A stretch of DNA of 64,000 nt from contig CM059432.1 in NCBI GenBank assembly GCA_030390025.1, positions 11,470,001 through 11,534,000 on the forward strand, read 5' to 3'. Origin of the DNA: Squalus acanthias. Taxonomy: Eukaryota. Of the stretch, positions 59,705 to 64,000 are shown piece by piece; positions within the stretch are counted from its first letter, which is position 1, and each line of letters begins with the position of its first letter. Position numbers and translations under genes: made by a program. The notes beneath the pieces are model-generated. The model saw only the letters and a list, made by a program, of their open reading frames with translations. It did not search any database and had not been told where the DNA came from.

Positions 59705-62700
59705 CATAGAAACATAGAAACATAGAAAATAGGTGCAGGAGTAGACCATTCGGTCCTTCGAGCCTGCACCGCCATTCAATGCGTTCATGGCTGAACATGC
59801 TACCTCAGTACCCCATTCCTGCTTTCTCGCCATACCCCTTGATCCCCCTAGTTGTGAGTATTATATCTAACTCCCTTTTGAATATATTTAGCGAACTGGC
59901 CTCAACAACCTTCTGTGGTAGAGAATTCCACAGATTCACCACTCTCTGGGTGAAGAAGTTCCTCCTCATCTCAGTCTTAAATGGCTTCCCCTTTATCCTT
60001 AGACTGTGACCCCTGGTTTTAGTTTTCCCTAACATTGGAAACATTCTGCCCGCATCTAATTTGTCTAAACCAGTCAGGATTTTAAACGTCTCTATAAGAT
60101 CCCCCCTCATTCTTCTGAACTCCAGAGGATACAAGTTCAGTTGATCCAGTCTTTCTTGATATGTCAGTCTGGCCATCCCAGGAATCAATCTAGTGAACCT
60201 TCGTTGCACTCCCTCAATAGCAAGAATGTCCTTCCTCAAGTTAGGAGACCAAAACTGCACACAATACTCCAGGTGTGGCCTCACCAAGGCCCTGTACAAC
60301 TGTAGCATCACCTCCCTACTCCTGTACTCAAATCCCCTTGCTATGAAGGCCATCATGCCATTTGCTTTCTTGACTGCCTGCTGCACTTGCCTTCCCACCT
60401 TCAGTGACTGATGTACCATGACGCCCAGGTCTCGTTGCACCTCCCCTTTCCCTAATCTGCCACCATTCAGGTAATAGTCTGCCTCCCTATTTTTACCACC
60501 AAAGTGGATAACCTCACATTTATCCACATTGTACTTCATCTGCCATACATTTGCCCATTCACCCAACCTGTCCAAGTCACTCTGTAGCCTCCTAGCATCC
60601 TCCGCATTGTTCACACTGCCTCCCAATTTAGTGTCATCCGCAAATTTGGAGATATTACAATTAATCCCTTCGTCCAAATCATTAATATATAATGTAAACA
60701 GCTGGGGCCCCAGCACCGAACCCTGCGGTACCCCGCTGGTCACTGCCTGCCATTCTGAAAAGTACCCATTTACTCCTACTCTTTGTTTCCTGTGTGCCAA
60801 CCAGTTCTCAATCCACGTCAACACATTACCCCCAATCCCATGTGCTTTAACTTTGCACACCAATCTCTTGTGTGGGACCTTGTCGAAGGCCTTCTGAAAG
60901 TCCAAATACACCACATCTACTGGTTCCCCCCCGTCCACCCTATTGGAAACATCCTCAAAAAATTCCAGAAGATTTGTCAAGCATGATTTCCCTTTCACAA
61001 ATCCATGCTGACTTGGACCTATCATGTCGCCACTTTCCAAATGGTCTGTTATGACATCTTTAATAATTGATTCCATCATTTTACCCACCACCGATGTCAG
61101 GCTGACCGGTCTATAATTCCCTGCTTTCTCCCTCCTTTTTTAAAAAGAGGGGTTACATTAGCCACCCTCCACTCCTTCGGAACTGATCCAGAGTCTAAGG
61201 AATGTTGGAAAATGATCGTCAATGCATCCACTATTTCCAAGGCCACCTCCTTCAGTACTCTGGGATGCAGACCATCAGGCCCTGGGGATTTATCAGCCTT
61301 CAGTCCCATCAATTTCCCCAACACCTTTTCCCGACTGATAAGGATTTCCCTCAGCTCCTCCCTCTTACCAGATCCTTTGATCTCTTTTATTTCCGGAAGG
61401 TTGTTTGTGTCCTCCACAGTAAACACCGAACCAAAGTACTTGTTCAATTGATCTGCCATTTCTTTGTTCCCCATTATGACTTCCTCTGTTTCTGACTGCA
61501 GGGGACCTACGTTTGTTTTTACTAACCTCTTTCTTTTTACATATTTATAGAAGCTTTTGCAGTCCGTTTTAATGTTCTCCGCAAGCTTCCTTTCATATTT
61601 TATTTTCCCTGCCCTAATCAAACCCTTCGTCCTCCTCTGCTGAGTTTTAAAGTTCTCCCAGTCCCCGGGTTTGCTGCTACTTCTGGCCAATTTGTATGCC
61701 ACTTCCTTGCTTTTAATACTATCCCTGATTTCCCTTGTTAGCCATGGTTGAGCCACCTTCCCTTTTTTATTTTTACGCCAGACAGGGATGTACAATTGCT
61801 GTAGTTCATCCATGCGATCTCTAAATGTCTGCCATTGCCCTTCCACTGATAACCCCTTAAATATCGCTTGCCAATCTAACATCGCCAATTCACGCCTCAT
61901 ACCCTCAAAGTTGCCTTTATTTAAGTTCTGGACCATGATCTCTGAATTAACTATTTCCTTCTCCATCCTAATGTAGAACTCCACCATACTATGGTCACTC
62001 TTCCCCAAGGGGCCTCCCACCACAAGATTGCTGATTAGTCCTTCCTCATTACACAACACCCAGTCCAGGATGGCCTCCCCTCTAGTTGGTTCCTCAACAT
62101 ATTGGTTTAGGAAACCATCCCTTAAACACTCTAGGAAATCCTCCTCCACCGTATTGCTTCCAGTTTGAGTAGCCCAATCTATATGCATATTAAAGTCACC
62201 CATGATAACTGCTGCGCCTTTTTTGCATGCACCTCTGATTTCCTGTTTCATACCCTCCCCCACCTCACTACTACTGTTTGGAGGTCTGTACACAACCCCC
62301 ACTAACGTTTTCTGCCCTTTGGTGTTCTGCAGCTCAACCCATATTGATCCCACATCCTCCAAGCTAATGTCCTTCCTAGCTATTGCATTAATCTCCTTTT
62401 TAACCAGCAATGCTACCTCACCCCCTTTTCCTTTTATTCTATCCTTCCTGAATGTTGAATACCCCTGGATATTCAGTTCCCAGCCTTGATTGTTCTGGAG
62501 CCACGTCTCTGTAATCCCAATCACATCATATCCGTTAACATCAATTTGCACAGTCAATTCATCCACCTTATTACGGATACTCCTTGCATTAAGACACAGA
62601 GCCTTTAGGCTTGTTTTATTAACACCCTTTGTCCTTTTAGACTTATGATTTAGTATGGCCCTTTGTGTTTCTTGCCTTTGTTTACTCGGATTTCCCTTAT

Positions 62701-62773
62701 TGTTTCTCACCCTTCTAACATTTGTTTCTGACTGCATATTACTTCCCCCTGTTTCGCTACATAGGTTCCCATT
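59705..62773 (-). mobile_element. CR1 LINE with nearly complete ORF2 (APE plus RT, single frameshift near 61.12 kb), nested in a Deu SINE
   Basis: CLNARSIRNK, GITETWL, VYRPP, MGDFN, SDH; RT ORF 59805-61091; host SINE halves 59560-59706 and 62774-62920. Confidence 0.95.
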
Positions 62774-63002
62774 CAATGTGATAATGACCAGATAATCTGT
62801 TTTAGTGATGTTGATTGAGGAATAAATATTGGCCAGGACACCGGGAATAACTCCCCTGCTCTTCTTCTAAATAGTGCCAGGTAGCAGAGAGGGCCTCGGT
62901 TTAACGTCTCATCCGAAAGACTGATGCTGTGCTGGTGTTAAGCTGATCTTAGCTGAGGCAGAGGTAACTGTGATACGGTTGGACACAGCATTCCTGAGTT
63001 AT

Positions 63003-63866
63003 ACATAGAGTCATAGAGTTATACAGCACAGAAAGAGGCCCTTCGGCCCATCGTGTCCGCGCCGGCCATCAAGCCCTGTCTATTCTAATCCCATTTTCCA
63101 GCACTTGGTCCGTAGCCTTGTATGCTATGGCGTTTCAAGTTCTCATCTAAATGCTTCTTGAATGTTGTGAGGGTTCCTTCCTTTACCACCCTTTCAGGCA
63201 GTGAGTTCCAGATTCCAACCACCCTCTGGGTGAAAAAGTTTTTCCTCAAATCCCCTCTAAACCTCCTGTCCCTTACCTTGAAACTATGCCCCCTGGTTAT
63301 TGACCCCTCTACTAAGGGGAAAAGTTCCTTTCTATCTACCCTATCTATGCCCCTCATAATTTTGTACGCCTCAATCAGGTCCCCCCTCAGCCTTCTCTGC
63401 TCTAAGGAAAACAACCCCAGCCTGCCCAGTCTCTCTTCATAGCTGAAGCGCTCCAGCCCAGGTAACATCCTGGTGAATCTCCTCTGCACCCTCTCCAATG
63501 CAATCACATCCCTCCTATAGTGTGGTGACCAGAACTGCACACAGTACTCCAGCTGTGGCCTAACTAGCGTTTTGTACAGCTCCATCATAACCTCCTTGCT
63601 CTTATATTCTATGCCTCGGCTAATGAAGGCAAGTATCCCATATGCCTTTTTAACCACCTTATCTACCTGTCCTGCTGCCTTCAGGGATCTATGTACATGC
63701 ACACCAAGGTCCCTCTGATCCTCTGTCCTTCCTAGGGTCCTACCATTCATTGTGTATTCCCTTGCCTTGTTAGTCCTCTCAAAACGCATCACCTCACACT
63801 TTTCAGGGTTAAATTCCATTTGCCACTGTTCTGCCCATCTGACCAACCCGTCTATATCGTCCTGTC
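63003..63866 (-). mobile_element. Young CR1 3' portion
   Basis: Open ORF2 C-terminus; near-identical to 25397-26048. Confidence 0.92.
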
Positions 63867-64000
63867 TATACGGAGGAAACCACCCAATGTTCCCACTCCC
63901 GGTGACACTAGTAGAAATGTACGTACATGAAGGGTGGGTGTCGCCAGGCTCAGATTTAATTGCATTGGCTCCCACAACCTGGTGACTTGTCATCTCAAAC

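Noticed and set aside
63867..63993. N-terminal extension of the 302-aa minus-strand ORF
   Set aside because: Flanking DNA that happens to be open in frame with a 5'-truncated CR1
35000..64000. Exons of a neighbouring gene such as SPIRE1, expected from human synteny
   Set aside because: No recognisable coding exon found in the unique stretches

Overview
Vertebrate genomic DNA, most likely a shark or other elasmobranch, judging from the HE1-like V-SINE, Deu-domain SINEs and abundant CR1. Positions 2075-34601 (+) carry nine coding exons of CEP76 (1685 nt, canonical GT-AG splice sites, consistent phases, stop at 34599-34601, AATAAA at 34864). The 5' exons lie upstream of the window. Introns and the downstream 30 kb are dominated by transposable elements: many CR1 LINEs (one near-intact ORF2), L2 tails, an RTE-derived mini-element, three SINE superfamilies, a near full-length two-gene PIF/Harbinger with related MITEs, a Tc1/mariner-type MITE and Penelope-like elements. 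Two things stand out. (1) A gag-pro-pol endogenous retrovirus fragment combines a foamy-like RT, a CCHC knuckle, two RNase H domains and an in-frame UGA-CUAG gag/pol readthrough junction. (2) A set of Penelope-derived mini-elements carries minimal hammerhead ribozymes, one forming a 128-bp inverted repeat just upstream of a CEP76 exon. All calls were made by eye; TE boundaries without TSDs are approximate.
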